The notes under the pieces were generated by a model. It did no database searches, had not been told where the DNA came from, and saw only the letters and a program-made list of their open reading frames with translations. A stretch of 62,731 nt of DNA, the filler included, from Sphacelaria rigidula (lineage: Eukaryota): assembly GCA_964200075.2 (NCBI GenBank). It is 4 parts of 4 records of this genome, joined end to end, with 100 filler letters (N's around TTAATTAATTAA, not from the genome) between each part and the next. Parts side by side here need not be neighbours in the genome. Positions count along the whole stretch, not along the records: positions 15,712 to 31,320 come from CAXNAA020001674.1; positions 31,421 to 47,029 come from CAXNAA020001675.1; 2 more parts are not named here. One strand, written 5' to 3'. A program made the translations under genes and the position numbers. Positions within the stretch are counted from its first letter, which is position 1. Each line of letters starts with the position of its first letter. Positions 25,001 through 36,719 of this stretch are shown here, piece by piece.

Positions 25001-27681
25001 TTTTTTTCAATTTTCTTCACTGGTTTAGGGCGTTTTATCATGATGACCATTTTTTCACAAAAACGCCCCGACCTTTTCTTTAGAAAACTGAAGGCCCATT
25101 ATTATTTTTTTCGGCACTCTTTTGTGGCTCTCCACACCAAAATTCGTCGCCATCCGCTCAATGGATCGATGTGGAGTTTCGTTGAGATTCTAGTGTTGGC
25201 ACGGTATTGGCGCTACCTCCCTCAGGTATAGGAATTACTAGACATGGGGTTCAATCAATGAGAAAATAAGGGCCCAAACTTTTGAGCAGATGGGCAACTC
25301 CCCCTTGTTAAGACAATGATATGCGGTTCACGGCCCAACTCGTCTGCATTAGAGAGATACTGCTTTTGGAGCTCAAATCCGTTTTTAGGCTGGCCCAGCT
25401 CGTAGACATACCTGATACGGCCTCGTGGCCACAAGTCGATTCGACCGCATGTTTCGACTCGATTTTGTTGGTAAGACACGGCTAGTATACACGTTACCCA
25501 CCCGATTGTCAATGGGCCAAGCAGAAACACGCTAGGCCCCCAGAATAGTGTCTTTTCGATAACAACTCGTACGGAACTCTCCCGAGTGCCCTACTGCCGC
25601 CAGTCTTCCAAGCAGCAACGGCTCACGTAGATGGCCTGTCCCCACTGATGTCGAGGTAGGGTGGGGGCAGAGGGGATACAGTCCGTCACCCCAAGGTTTT
25701 GAGCAAGTGCAGGATACAACATGTACATGGCAAAGGGCTGCCACCTGTTGCAAGGAGTGGCATGCTTTTCAGCGTTGGGATCACCTGTTTGTCTGAAAAA
25801 AACAGATTTGGCGGGGATTTTAGAGAACATCAACTCGACTTCAACAACCTGCGCCCAAGAGACTCCCCCCGACTGACAATCGGGGGCTAGCACCCTTACT
25901 CTCAAAGATCTGTAGCTCTGAACGAGGGAAGAGGATTTGCCAAAATCCAAGCGATTCGGCTGACATAGTTGTTCCTTTCGACTATGAAGTTGGTACAAGT
26001 CGTGAAGTATGTTCCTGGACTCGAAGCGACGACGTACACTATTTCGACAGTTTTGTACCAAGTGACCGTGAGTCAGAGATATCGAACTGGTGTAGTGATT
26101 CAAAAACACATGAGAGATGGCTGAGTATAGGGGTTTCGTGGGAGACCGCTGCTTTTCCATCCAGTTGCTTTGGTGTGCGTTGTAAAGCTCCTGAGGCTCA
26201 TGAGGGGCTTGCAGATCGATTTGCAAGTTTTTATTGGTGTTTCTCGGACAGAATACCAAGAGTGTTCAGGTGAGGTCAAGTAATGGGGGGGGGTGGGGGG
26301 TGTGGTGCCCAAAACGAGATCTCACCACTAGCCGCCAAGTGTTCATAATCTAACCGTGTATGAATGGTCCACTTGCAATATATTGAGCATATAGCAGCCG
26401 TAACCAAAAAGGAGGAGAGCCATGACTGATGACAGAAACATTTGGATACCATAAAGGTGATGCTTCTACTTTCAGTAGGTACGTGTCAAGTGCACGACCA
26501 CATGAAATCTCATCATCCGAAAGTATTCATCGAAGGAGGCGGTGCAGTCAGCTCGGAATACAAGAACAGTTCCTACTTTCATGTACAGCACACCCATCTG
26601 TTCCAACGCACTGCTGCTCCGTGTCGATAGGCGTGCTTTTTGATGCCGTCCCTTCCCTGCCGCCAGCGGTGCGTTATTCTCGAGTCTGGTCATATTCCAG
26701 CGGGGCTTTTCATGTTTGCTGTGCACACATCAGGTTCAACGTATGGGAATCCACTCCCTACTGTTGTGTTTCCTGCGCTCACTACACCGTGGGGTACACA
26801 CCATGAGCCACTCCGGGATGCTAGCTACGAGTGGTATATGACGGATTGTGTGCGTTCAGCACCCTGTCGGGTACTATTTATACGACGTTTTCAATTCAAA
26901 AGTAAACCTTGTGTTGGGTTGTTTTGGTCCAGGCATCAGCAACTGCGCGCATCATTGCAGCACGGTGTGCTACGGATTGTTCCGCTCTGGTGGCCGGCTG
27001 GAATTTTTCCTCCTTTTTGGTGTGCACGCAAAACCAACACGCGGTCTCGTAGTGCTCGTCTTGTGTGAACGGTAGCATGCTGTCAACTTCTTTGCCGGAG
27101 AATACAATCAGCGTTGACAGCGAGTGGGGTGTAAATGTGGCGTATGATAAAATAGAGATCAGCCGCCGAGGTTTACATTCGAAGCACCCATCACAAGGGC
27201 ATCAGGCACCAATGCGGAGGCAATGACACCAGCCACTCCTGACAGGGTAACAACGGCGCTGGCTGTGAGCCGTGGCATTTAAAGAGAGGGGGACCAGGTA
27301 CAACACTCAGTATACGCTAAGAATGGTGGAGAAATGGGGAGATTGCTGCAGACATGGTGTGAAGACAAGTGAGACACCCGCGCACAGAATACACCACTTG
27401 AAGCATTGCATAGCAGAGCAGCCTTCACAGCTATGCAAACTCCTAGCGGCGCTGCAGGGAAATATGATTTGTATCGCGATATCGCGACTTGCCTACACGA
27501 ACATACGAACATCGAGACACCACGCTCAGGACACCCACACACACACGCACCGATCCATCTGTTACTGCTCTCGCCACATCTCTGTTGGCTTTTGAAACGA
27601 TAGAAGGGCAGGGGAAACACGGCAGAAATCCTTGAAATGAAAGAGGACGCCCCATGATTCAGTACCCGGAATCTCACCCAT
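18540..27681 (-). CDS. RPL35: 60S ribosomal protein L35 (uL29), complete, 5 coding exons, 123 aa
   Basis: Exons 27681-27678 (ATGG|GTGAGA), 22928-22843, 20510-20397, 19157-19065, 18614-18540 total 372 nt and give [139 protein letters not shown] is the diagnostic motif. The 4-nt first exon is the least certain part. Confidence 0.95.
19331..19582. mobile_element. Degenerate copy of the Sola-like MITE family, in an RPL35 intron
   Basis: Collinear with 32033-32285 along its whole length; TIRs are eroded and no clear TSD remains. Confidence 0.6.
24543..25404. mobile_element. TA-flanked non-autonomous DNA transposon in RPL35 intron 1
   Basis: TIRs TACGGGCTGGGCCAGCCT / AGGCTGGCCCAGCTCGTA; homologous to 10152-11492. 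Confidence 0.75.
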
Positions 27682-28117
27682 GGTCTCCTAGCTCCTGAGC
27701 CCTTCGCCGCTCGCTCTGGAATAGGCAAGTGACACGGGCGTCAACACCCACCATCCACCCAACACAGTAGCCTAGGCTGATAATCATCATTTACTACAGC
27801 ATTTACTCTAGTGCCATAATTTACTTGCATATCGTTATATAATGTCGTTATTTCTTGTGAGGGGATTTGACACTTGACTCGCTCTCTGCACTCTGTGTGC
27901 ATCCTATTTTGAAGCTTTGGGGCTATTTGTCAGAACAAAGGCGTAGCGTGTGCGGGAAACCAGGCCAAATTGCAGCAGTGGAGGCGTGATTTATATTAGA
28001 AGGGACCGGGCGGGGGGGGGGGGGGGTGGGGCTGGGCGATTGCTGCTCCATAACGGCATTTTCTCTGTCAGCACTGAGGTCGCAGATTGAAGACGGCGAC
28101 TCAAAGTTTTGAAAAAT

Positions 28118-28198
28118 ATGGCGGCGAGATTGTTACCGCTGGAGCTTATCGACAAGTGCATAGGGTCAAGGCTATGGATCATCATGAAGGGCGACAAG
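28118..28198 (+). CDS. LSM5: U6 snRNA-associated Sm-like protein LSm5, exon 1 only
   Basis: MAARLLPLELIDKCIGSRLWIIMKGDK followed by a GT donor; LLPLELIDKCIGS.IWIIMK.DK is the conserved LSm5 N-terminus. Later exons were not recognised (possibly lost in the 31321-31420 gap). Confidence 0.88.
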
Positions 28199-30483
28199 GT
28201 GGGGATATGTGCAGTTGTGATTTGTCTCTGTGATAGATGCAACGGGGAATATATCCACTGCTGCGGGTTCTGTTGGGTGACGCGTCCACTTCTCCGGATA
28301 GATTGTGTTAGCATCGCTGGTGCGTTGCGTTGTGTCGTCTTTGTGTATGTGCTTCCGTTTGGAGTGCAACGATGTTTTGCTGTGGTTGTGAAATTGCGTG
28401 GACGGTCGGGTCTGAAAAAAAAATCTGAAAAAAACACTGCTTTATACAGTACCGAGCTCCGTGTGGGTGTGGAGATAGCTCAGTAGACATTGACGTTTTT
28501 GCGGCTTTCGTGCGCCGTTGTCCCTCGGTGTTGTACTTCGGGAGAACCGGAGAAGATCTTGCGGATGTGATGTTGTCAGTGTTTTTGTACGAAGTGTGAT
28601 GATTTTGATTGATCTATATCCTAGTCTGTGCTGTGTAACAGGGTTCAGAAGCAACTCTCACAAGACGCGTTTGTCTCGTGTGCTGTGCGGTCATCATTGA
28701 CTAATCGATTGCCCGACCCTTACCGGAGCTGTAGCCTCTTTGCGGCTGAATCATGGATGAAGCACCGAGTGGTTCATGGTGCCAAGACGTGTCTTTTTCC
28801 AGGGCTGGACAGGAGGGGGGGGGGGGGGGGGGGGGGGTTGTCATGAGCTGTGCTTGATCGTATTTTGCCTCCATCATTTCAAAGCTTGTTGTGTCTCCTC
28901 TCCAACCCTGACCCGTGGGGTGCGCCCTACGTTGAACGAGCTGACTGTCCTGTAGTTTTCATTTGTTTAGCAAGTGAACATGATGCCAATTTCCACGTGC
29001 GGTCGCACACAAACCACTGCCGTAGGAACCCTTCACATGCATTCTGAACTGCCCGCTCGCATCCCGCGAAGCCTCCTCGTCCACGGGTCCAGAAAACCTG
29101 GTGGTGGAAATGACTGACCACAATGGTTGCCGGAGAAAATCATGAATGCACACGCAAAAACAGCTGTAGTAGAACCGCACACAATAATAACACCTACTCT
29201 AGAACAGAGATGTATGGCTCTCATCAACGTCGACCCAGCTAGGTCACTCAGTTGTGACGCCGGTGCTAACTTCGTCGCGTTACACCTGTGTTGCAAGACG
29301 TTCTTTCATGGTGTTGAAAAAATAAATCTGAATATTATTCGGGATCTCATGTTATCGCGGGAGGACCTCCTCTGTTGTCCTCTCCCGAGAGGATACCTTC
29401 AATAAGGCTCCAACCCCACTTGGCACGTACATCTTTCACGCGGCTTTACATAACCCTTAGACCGCTAGGGTGGGTCATCTGGTCATGCGGCATGTTTTCA
29501 AGTAAAATTGATGTTTTGATTCAACAGATCTAACCTACGCCCGCGGGCAATGGGTCAGCTTCATTAAACCAGTTGAATTTACGATACCGGGAGAATCCTC
29601 GTGGATCCGACGTCCACAAATCTACCGAGGAAAACAGGAACTTCATGGGTGTAGAGCTTCGTAGGGAAGTTTCCTCATTCGACCAAAAGTCGAACTGCGT
29701 GGACGAAAAGTCGCGGTGGTGCGCTGGAAGCCGTTTGGAATGGAGCAAGTAAACTCGAGCAACCCAGCTAGCCCTTCCTCTTTTCAATCAAAGCAAAACG
29801 CCGCAGCGCCAACAGCAGTAGTTCGCGTTTTGCCAACAGTTTTTTGTTCTGTTCTGTTTTGTTTTTGTTACTGTACATCATATCCACGAACACGTGCCAC
29901 ACAACACGACAAAGAGCCATTTCCAAAGTTCGAGCATACGCCCTACTGTCGGAGATGTTGATCGCCCCACTGTAGAAGTGTCAAATCCTGTTGGAATCCA
30001 GAGTATGATAAGAATTTGCCCTTGATTTTCTTGAGGGCACCGAGTTTGAGGTAAATTTCCAGGGGTGTCGTCCGTCAGCTATAAACTATCTGAGGCAGGT
30101 CGACTGCACCCGGTACATACCACCCCACTATGCCAGTTCCAAAAATGCCGTGGCTCAAAGGCATCCTCGTTGTTTTCTAGCTGGTCTATTCGCGACATTG
30201 CTCAGTCAGTGTCGAAGTCGAGGAAAGCCCACTGTAGATTCCAGCTGTCAAGATCGTGCAACCCCCCACCCCCCCCAGGTGCAGTAGAGCTAACGACTTG
30301 GCAGGGTGAAGTTGGCCCAACGTGGTTTCTCTGTGGACACCGGAATCCGGATCTTTATTGGGGGCTGTGCTTCTAGCGATTTGAGGTCTGGCAGCGCACA
30401 CATCGCCTGGGGAACACTTTGCCCCCCCACCCCCCTGGCCAAGGGTTGAGGGGAGGGTTCTCGGTATGCCTTCGTTGGGGTTA

Positions 30484-30837
30484 GTGTTGTGTGTTGTCAT
30501 CGCATCTATTCTGGACGCCAGTCTACACCTCTTGGTATATGTAGGTGCACCAGCCGGGGGAACACAGGAGGAAGGCCAACACAGGAGATATTTTCTTCCT
30601 TTTTTGTTTTAATTCTCCACCGTCATTCTGCGGTGATCGCCTTTATTTTTATCGCGAGAGCGGTCCACCAGTTTCTTTTCCTCGTCGACCGTGAGTCCAA
30701 TATTTTGTACCCACGGCATAGTCGCTCTCCACTGCCAGACATTGTGTTCGAAAAAAAAACTGATCGGTTCAAGATCCGAGCCCTCGACTTCGCCGTGACA
30801 TGGGTCCGAGGCTACCACGTAAGCCACCGGGGCGACC
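30484..30837 (-). mobile_element. tRNA-derived SINE-like element with CA-rich tail
   Basis: The minus-strand head GGTCGCCCCGGTGGCTTACGTGG resembles an A-box. The body is shared with 50850-51183, and the 3' part is shared with 2535-2622, 31189-31292 and 49650-49740. It ends in an (AC)-rich tail. Confidence 0.6.
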
Positions 30838-31420
30838 AGTTCGAATCATTCGAGTTATTCCTAGTAATCAATATCCTATAGTATTGTTTACTTCACCGAG
30901 TGGTGAACTAACCTCCCCAGGCGACCGCAGTGCTTTGGGGTGTCGAATTTGTCGATGGAGCGCCAATGTGACTAACAAACGAACGCACCCAGCAACTCTA
31001 TTGCTGGTAACTCGGGGGTAGGTTGTAATGCGACAGTGCGCACAACAACTATTAGTAACAGGCGTTGACATGAAATATCAGGTACTTATAAACTCCCCTG
31101 CGCTTTTCCTTCGGCACCACAGTGTTCAAAGGATCGATAGCAGTCGCCAGAAGCATGTCATCAAGTACCAGTCTCGTTTGTTTTGTAGCGTGTGTGTTGT
31201 CGTCCCATTTATTCTGGGCGCCAGTCTACCCCTTTTGAGATATGTGGGCGCATCAGCCGGGGTCACACAGGAGGAAAGTCAACACAGGCGCTTTCTTATT
31301 TTTTTATTTATTTTTAGTACNNNNNNNNNNNNNNNNNNNNNNNNNNNNNNNNNNNNNNNNNNNNTTAATTAATTAANNNNNNNNNNNNNNNNNNNNNNNN
31401 NNNNNNNNNNNNNNNNNNNN

Positions 31421-31960
31421 GGAAGACCGTACTGTTCCGATCTCGGGGCTGGTGTCATTAGGCTCTTGCGTTCCGTCACCAACGGGCGGTTGTCGCATCA
31501 TCGTGAAATGTGTCAACCATGAACATTTGTAGCCCAACTCCGGTAAACTAGCCCTCTGCTATGACACATCGTGGTAATCGGCAACTCAATATTCGTCTTC
31601 AAATCCACGTAGTACTCCGATCCGACAAGGTCTAATCAAACGAATTACCAAGCTGTACAATAGTCCTGCCTTTTTCTGTAGCTTTCAGTCACAAGACATA
31701 TCTTCGGCGGACACAATCCGAGCTTCTCGCTGGCCATTTGGGATTGCCTGCACGTGTTCCGTTTGTGTTTTCATTAGGGGCATTTGTAGTGTAGTGCTGA
31801 ACGCTATCAGTGTTCTGTTCCTCTTCGTATATGCGTGACCGCCAGTACTGTATCCGTTGCTTGAACCAACCATCGATGATGCGACAACCGCCCGTTGGAG
31901 ACGGAACGCAAGAGCATAGTGACGCCAGCCCCGAGATCGGAACAGTACGGTCTTCGACAA
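31421..31960. mobile_element. Inverted-repeat element truncated by the contig gap
   Basis: 31421-31503 is the near reverse complement of ~31874-31956. Confidence 0.6.
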
Positions 31961-32032
31961 CCTCCCGCATCACAAAAGACCGACCGACGCGTTGTGAGTT
32001 GTGAGTCCAGTCATTGTGTCGATGCGGAGAGA

Positions 32033-32285
32033 GAGTGATGCTACGATAGGGTTGCCCTTTTTGAGCGAAAATGTTTCTCGGGGTGTTGCACGGATAATTT
32101 TAAGAATCGGCATCATTTTCACTTGAAAAAGACTGAAAATGATGTCGATTCATGAAAAGGCCCCGGTGTGCATCTCCATGTCCTGACCCCAGAGATTTGG
32201 GTTGCACAGTAAGCCCCATATATTTAGGCTTCTACAAAAAGAAGACCCAGAAACAAAAAGTGCAACCCCTATCGTAGCATCACTC
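32033..32285. mobile_element. Sola-like MITE with 4-bp TSD (GAGA)
   Basis: TIRs GAGTGATGCTACGATAGGGTTGC / GCAACCCCTATCGTAGCATCACTC; GAGA on both flanks. Confidence 0.7.
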
Positions 32286-33427
32286 GAGACTCGGGCACCA
32301 TTTACGGAGGGAAAGGGGCGTGGTCGTTGTGGCGACCGTGAACGGGCAAATGAGCGGGAAAAGAGCCGAATGTGTGGACGCCATGGTTGGAGTTGGCGCG
32401 TAGACTCCCCGGTACGGTGTAGAGAGCGATGGCCTAGCAGAGGTACGGTCTCGGCCGATCGGTGGCCCAGATAAGGTACGATTGAGAAAGAATCCCCAGA
32501 TCAGGTATACTTCGGCGAAATGTGGCCTACAAAAGGTGATCGGTTTCTGGATGCGAGAGGTCCGTTTTCGCGTGCCCATATCTATCGAGTAACGTGTCTT
32601 TTATCCGTTTTTTTCGAGTCCCGGGTGCCAACGCCCCCCCCGAGTGATGTGCGTGAAAATTCCGGAGCGAAAACGGTCAAAATGGCGTGTTTGGCTGTTT
32701 TCGCGTTTCTGGCCATTTTTTTTTACTTTTTTTGTCTACTTGCTGGAAAGTATGACTTTGCGCGTCCGTTGGTAGNNNNNNNNNNGCGTTTCTGGCCATT
32801 TTTCGTACCTTTCTTAGGCAAAAAGCCAGAAGGTATACCTTTTCTAGGCCATTGCCCATATGTATATATATACATGTACATGTATATATTGGAGGGGAGC
32901 GAACCCTGTGTCGGGGAACAAGTCCCAACTCGAAAGAGTGAAGTGTAAACTGATGATTAAGGGCGTCAGCCAGAACGTTCGAACGACAGCGAATCACATG
33001 ATGAGACGTCCACCGCTTTTACTTTCTCCTCGGGGATTTATACGCTCCAAAAGTTTGAGCAATATCCGCTGGTCCCTTTTTTCATGGTGGGTTTTCAGAT
33101 AAGAAACAGGGCACTTGGAAGTATCGGTTAAAAGATCAAATCGTAGCCCTTTTCCACATGATGACCGCTTTCTAGTTTCTACAGCTGGCCTGAATGACAA
33201 ACAGTATAGCTGATGTCTAGTTGGTCGGTCCGACAACATCCAGCGAGGTCACAGCAGTCTCTTCAAAGATCGCACAATTGACGAAATCGGTGCCTGTAGC
33301 TATACATGAGCCTTCAACCGTTAGACAGCAACCCCCCCGCAAGTAAACTGAGTTGGACTGCGGCACATCAGGGGTTGAGAACAGTTCTTTTGTCGCTATA
33401 CAAAACGCCTTTTTCATGAATACAACA

Positions 33428-34550
33428 AATGTTTTCGTGAGATTGAGAGTGGCAGATCGGATTGAGAGTCAACAATTTATTCGAAAGACGGTCACACGCA
33501 CCTTTTGATTTGTTGCACGACACGTTGACGTGTGGCATAATAAGAGGCTACAGTAGTTAACCGTCGTTAGACTACGTTTTAGATGGTTGACACAATTTTA
33601 CAACTATCGCTAACCCTGATCCTAACCCCAACCCAACGCATACCGAGAACCCTCGGGCAAGGGCGGAACATACGTTCCGTAGGCAAAGTGCGGCCTTGGT
33701 AGACCCCGAATCGGCGCCTGTGGCGCCGATTTGAAGGAAGACGCGTTCTGTGCACGCGAGGAGCACATGGGAGTGTCAGCCCCACTAAAATTCCGATTCT
33801 CGTCGTTCACACTGGAATCAAGTAATATCAACCATTCTAAAACGCAGCCCGACGCCGGTAAACTCTACTGAAATAAATTATCGGCAGATGCCCTTAAAAT
33901 AGGGTTTATGAGCCCGAGACGAAAGAGTATCGAGACTAAATGTGCCGGTTGATGACACGCGTGTGATGTCTCGCCTTTTCATGCCGAGAAGAAACACAAC
34001 ACGTCGTGGGTCACAGTAGTTCGAGTTCGTTATCGCAAGAGACGGTTGACATTTTCGCAGACTGTATCGTAGGTCCCAACCGTAAGTTCCGGCTCGAATC
34101 TTTCCTTGGTCTGAGATTCGGAATATTACCGGCGTTGGGCTGCGTTTTAGAATGGTCGATATTACTTGATTTCAGTGTGAACGACGAGAATCGGAATTTT
34201 TTAGTGGGGCTCACACTCCCATGTGCTCCTCGCGTGCACAGAACGCGTCTTCCTTCAAATCGCCGATTTGGGGTCTACCAAGGCCGCACTTTGCCTACGG
34301 AACGTATGTTCCGCCCTTACCCGAAGGTTCTCGGTATGCGTTGGGTTGGGGTTAGGATCAGGGTTAGCGATAGTTGTAAAGTTGTGTCAACCATTTTAAA
34401 ACGTAGTCTAACGACGGTTAACTACTGTAGCCTCTTATTATGCCACACGTCAACGTGTCGTGCAACAAATCGAAAGGTGCGTGTGACCGTCTTTCGAATA
34501 AATTGTTGACTCTAAATCCGGTCTGCTACTCTCAATCTCACGAAAACATT
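33428..34550. mobile_element. Foldback element with ~430-bp inverted arms
   Basis: 33428-33861 and 34126-34550 are highly similar reverse complements around a 264-bp spacer. The terminal motif CTCTCAATCTCACGAAAACATT also occurs at 15961-15982 and, degenerate, near 35912-35926. Confidence 0.85.
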
Positions 34551-36719
34551 ATTATACGTGGGTTTTTGGCATATCTATAGAAAATAGTCCCGAGGAACCC
34601 CTGACCAGTTTTGACCCTTTTGCCTGTTGCGTGCAGTGTCAAAGTGTGTACTGTGTATGTCTTCGCTGGATACAACGGCAACAGTCAGCATGCCATCGGT
34701 CTCCACTGAAGACAATTTACTGCATGCTGCCCATGTCTCTTCTTAGTGTTCCACAACAATACTACGGACAGTGTAAAGCTATGCTGGCAGCACATGAAGG
34801 GTTAGGGAGGCAGCAGAGACACGCGGCATAGCCCACGAACGGAGTAAAAAGCATGTCATTTGTGCATGTAGTCTAGGGTTGATCTGCCACGACCAAAATG
34901 AGAAATGCGGCTAGACAGGGAAGTAGTCCACCTGTAGGGGAACAAAATGACCATTTTGACGGTCGATCGGTCAGAGTGGTCATTCCGCGCCTCTCGGGCC
35001 TCGTTCTCGGCTTAGAATCTTCCTAGGGAAACTTCCAAATACACATGGTTGACTTGATGAGCTTTTCGGCTGCTCTGCGGATAGAGACCTCCCCCCCCGG
35101 CCCGCCCGTTGGAAATCCCCGGATGTCTCCGAAGTGTCAGCCTGTAAAGCTGTTCCGAGGCGACGCTCGCTGTCGGGGGGTTGAACATTCGATGAGACTT
35201 TGCAATTTGGTCGGATGAAATCGCATCAAAAACTACTGTAGACAGCATCTTGAGTGGTTAGTCCTTTGTTCAGGTCGAAACTGAAACTGCCATGTATGGT
35301 CCAGGATCCGAAAAAAAAAATGAGAATCTAGTTTACACAAATATGCTGGTGAAAAGCATCACAAAAACCTGACAACTGTACAAAAAAGGGTACACGGGGA
35401 CCCAAGTTTCACAGCTAGTTCGCGAATTCTTGAGCTGGAGGGCTGCGCGTAACCGCCTTGAAATAGCCGATTTTGGCTGTATGCTTAGCTGTACCCTTTG
35501 AAAGGCTCGGCCACCTTCTATTGGGCACTGATGGCCGGGCCAGGTTGTGGTGTCTAATCGAGGAAAATACAACAGCCAAAATTGTGTGAGATCTCCTCGT
35601 CACTGCAGGATAAGGGGCAGGTGGGTAGGACAGTGTTTACGTGACATCGAGTAGAGCGCTGATTGAGAGTGGGTTTCATTATTCGCTTCCACTGGCCAAT
35701 TTTTTATTCCGTGTGTGCTTTTCTTTGCCTGTATCACTGGCGTGTGCTTCCAGCTGCACGTCGATATCTTACCCAGGGATATCAAGGGCTTCAGTCGCAA
35801 GGTACTACAGAAGGCATATCGGGTCTCGTGAACGGGCATTTTCGGAACTGAAACGATTCATTCACTAGTTGACCGCTTCTCACTCTCAGTTTTTGTATCA
35901 CTTACTCCCGATTACACGAAAATATTGTTTCAGGTAAAAGAGAGACGAAACCAACGAACCATGGTTCACATCATAGTCTTGTGGCGGAGATTGTTCATGA
36001 ATTCATTCAGCCACAGGGTCGATGGTTACTATGAATGCCCACCATACTGCATCATGTGGGGATATGTGTGGATATTGTCAAATTATGTGACTGCAGTCTC
36101 GAGCTTGCGTTCTGCAAACTTGCGTTCGAGTATGTTACTTCCGATGCGTGTCGACTTCACTTGTAAGGACGCAGTGTCCACGGTCATGATGGACAACGGC
36201 TATATCTCCTTCCCGCGAATGCAGTTCCATACGTTTGCACGACTGTTAGGATCCTCATATAAAACACGCTACAGGACGCGAATCCACACCACCCGGGAAC
36301 CACTACAGTATCGGAAAAGTTGGCGGTTTGCTTGTGCGCTCCCGTCCATACATTGAAACTCACAAATTGACCATCCCCCCCCCACTGCCCCTGAGTAATG
36401 TCGCATCCTCCCTTGCACTACGACGCAAGTTTCTTCGCGACAGGATGTACGATATCGTGGCGGATAATCGCTACCGCTTCATGGGAAAGCGGGAGGACTG
36501 CCGGTGCTCCGATGACCGCTACGCTGACCGCTTCATATAGAGATGCAGAGCAGGAGGACGAAATTCAAACCGTCAAGTAATGCTTGGGGGACTGGACACC
36601 GGACGAGTCTCGAAAGCTAAAAAAAGCGGGCACGTGTGCCTCACCACTCGTTCTTCACCTGCAAACTAATCACGAATATGTTACACTTATGATGCACATA
36701 CAAAATATGTACTTTGGCC

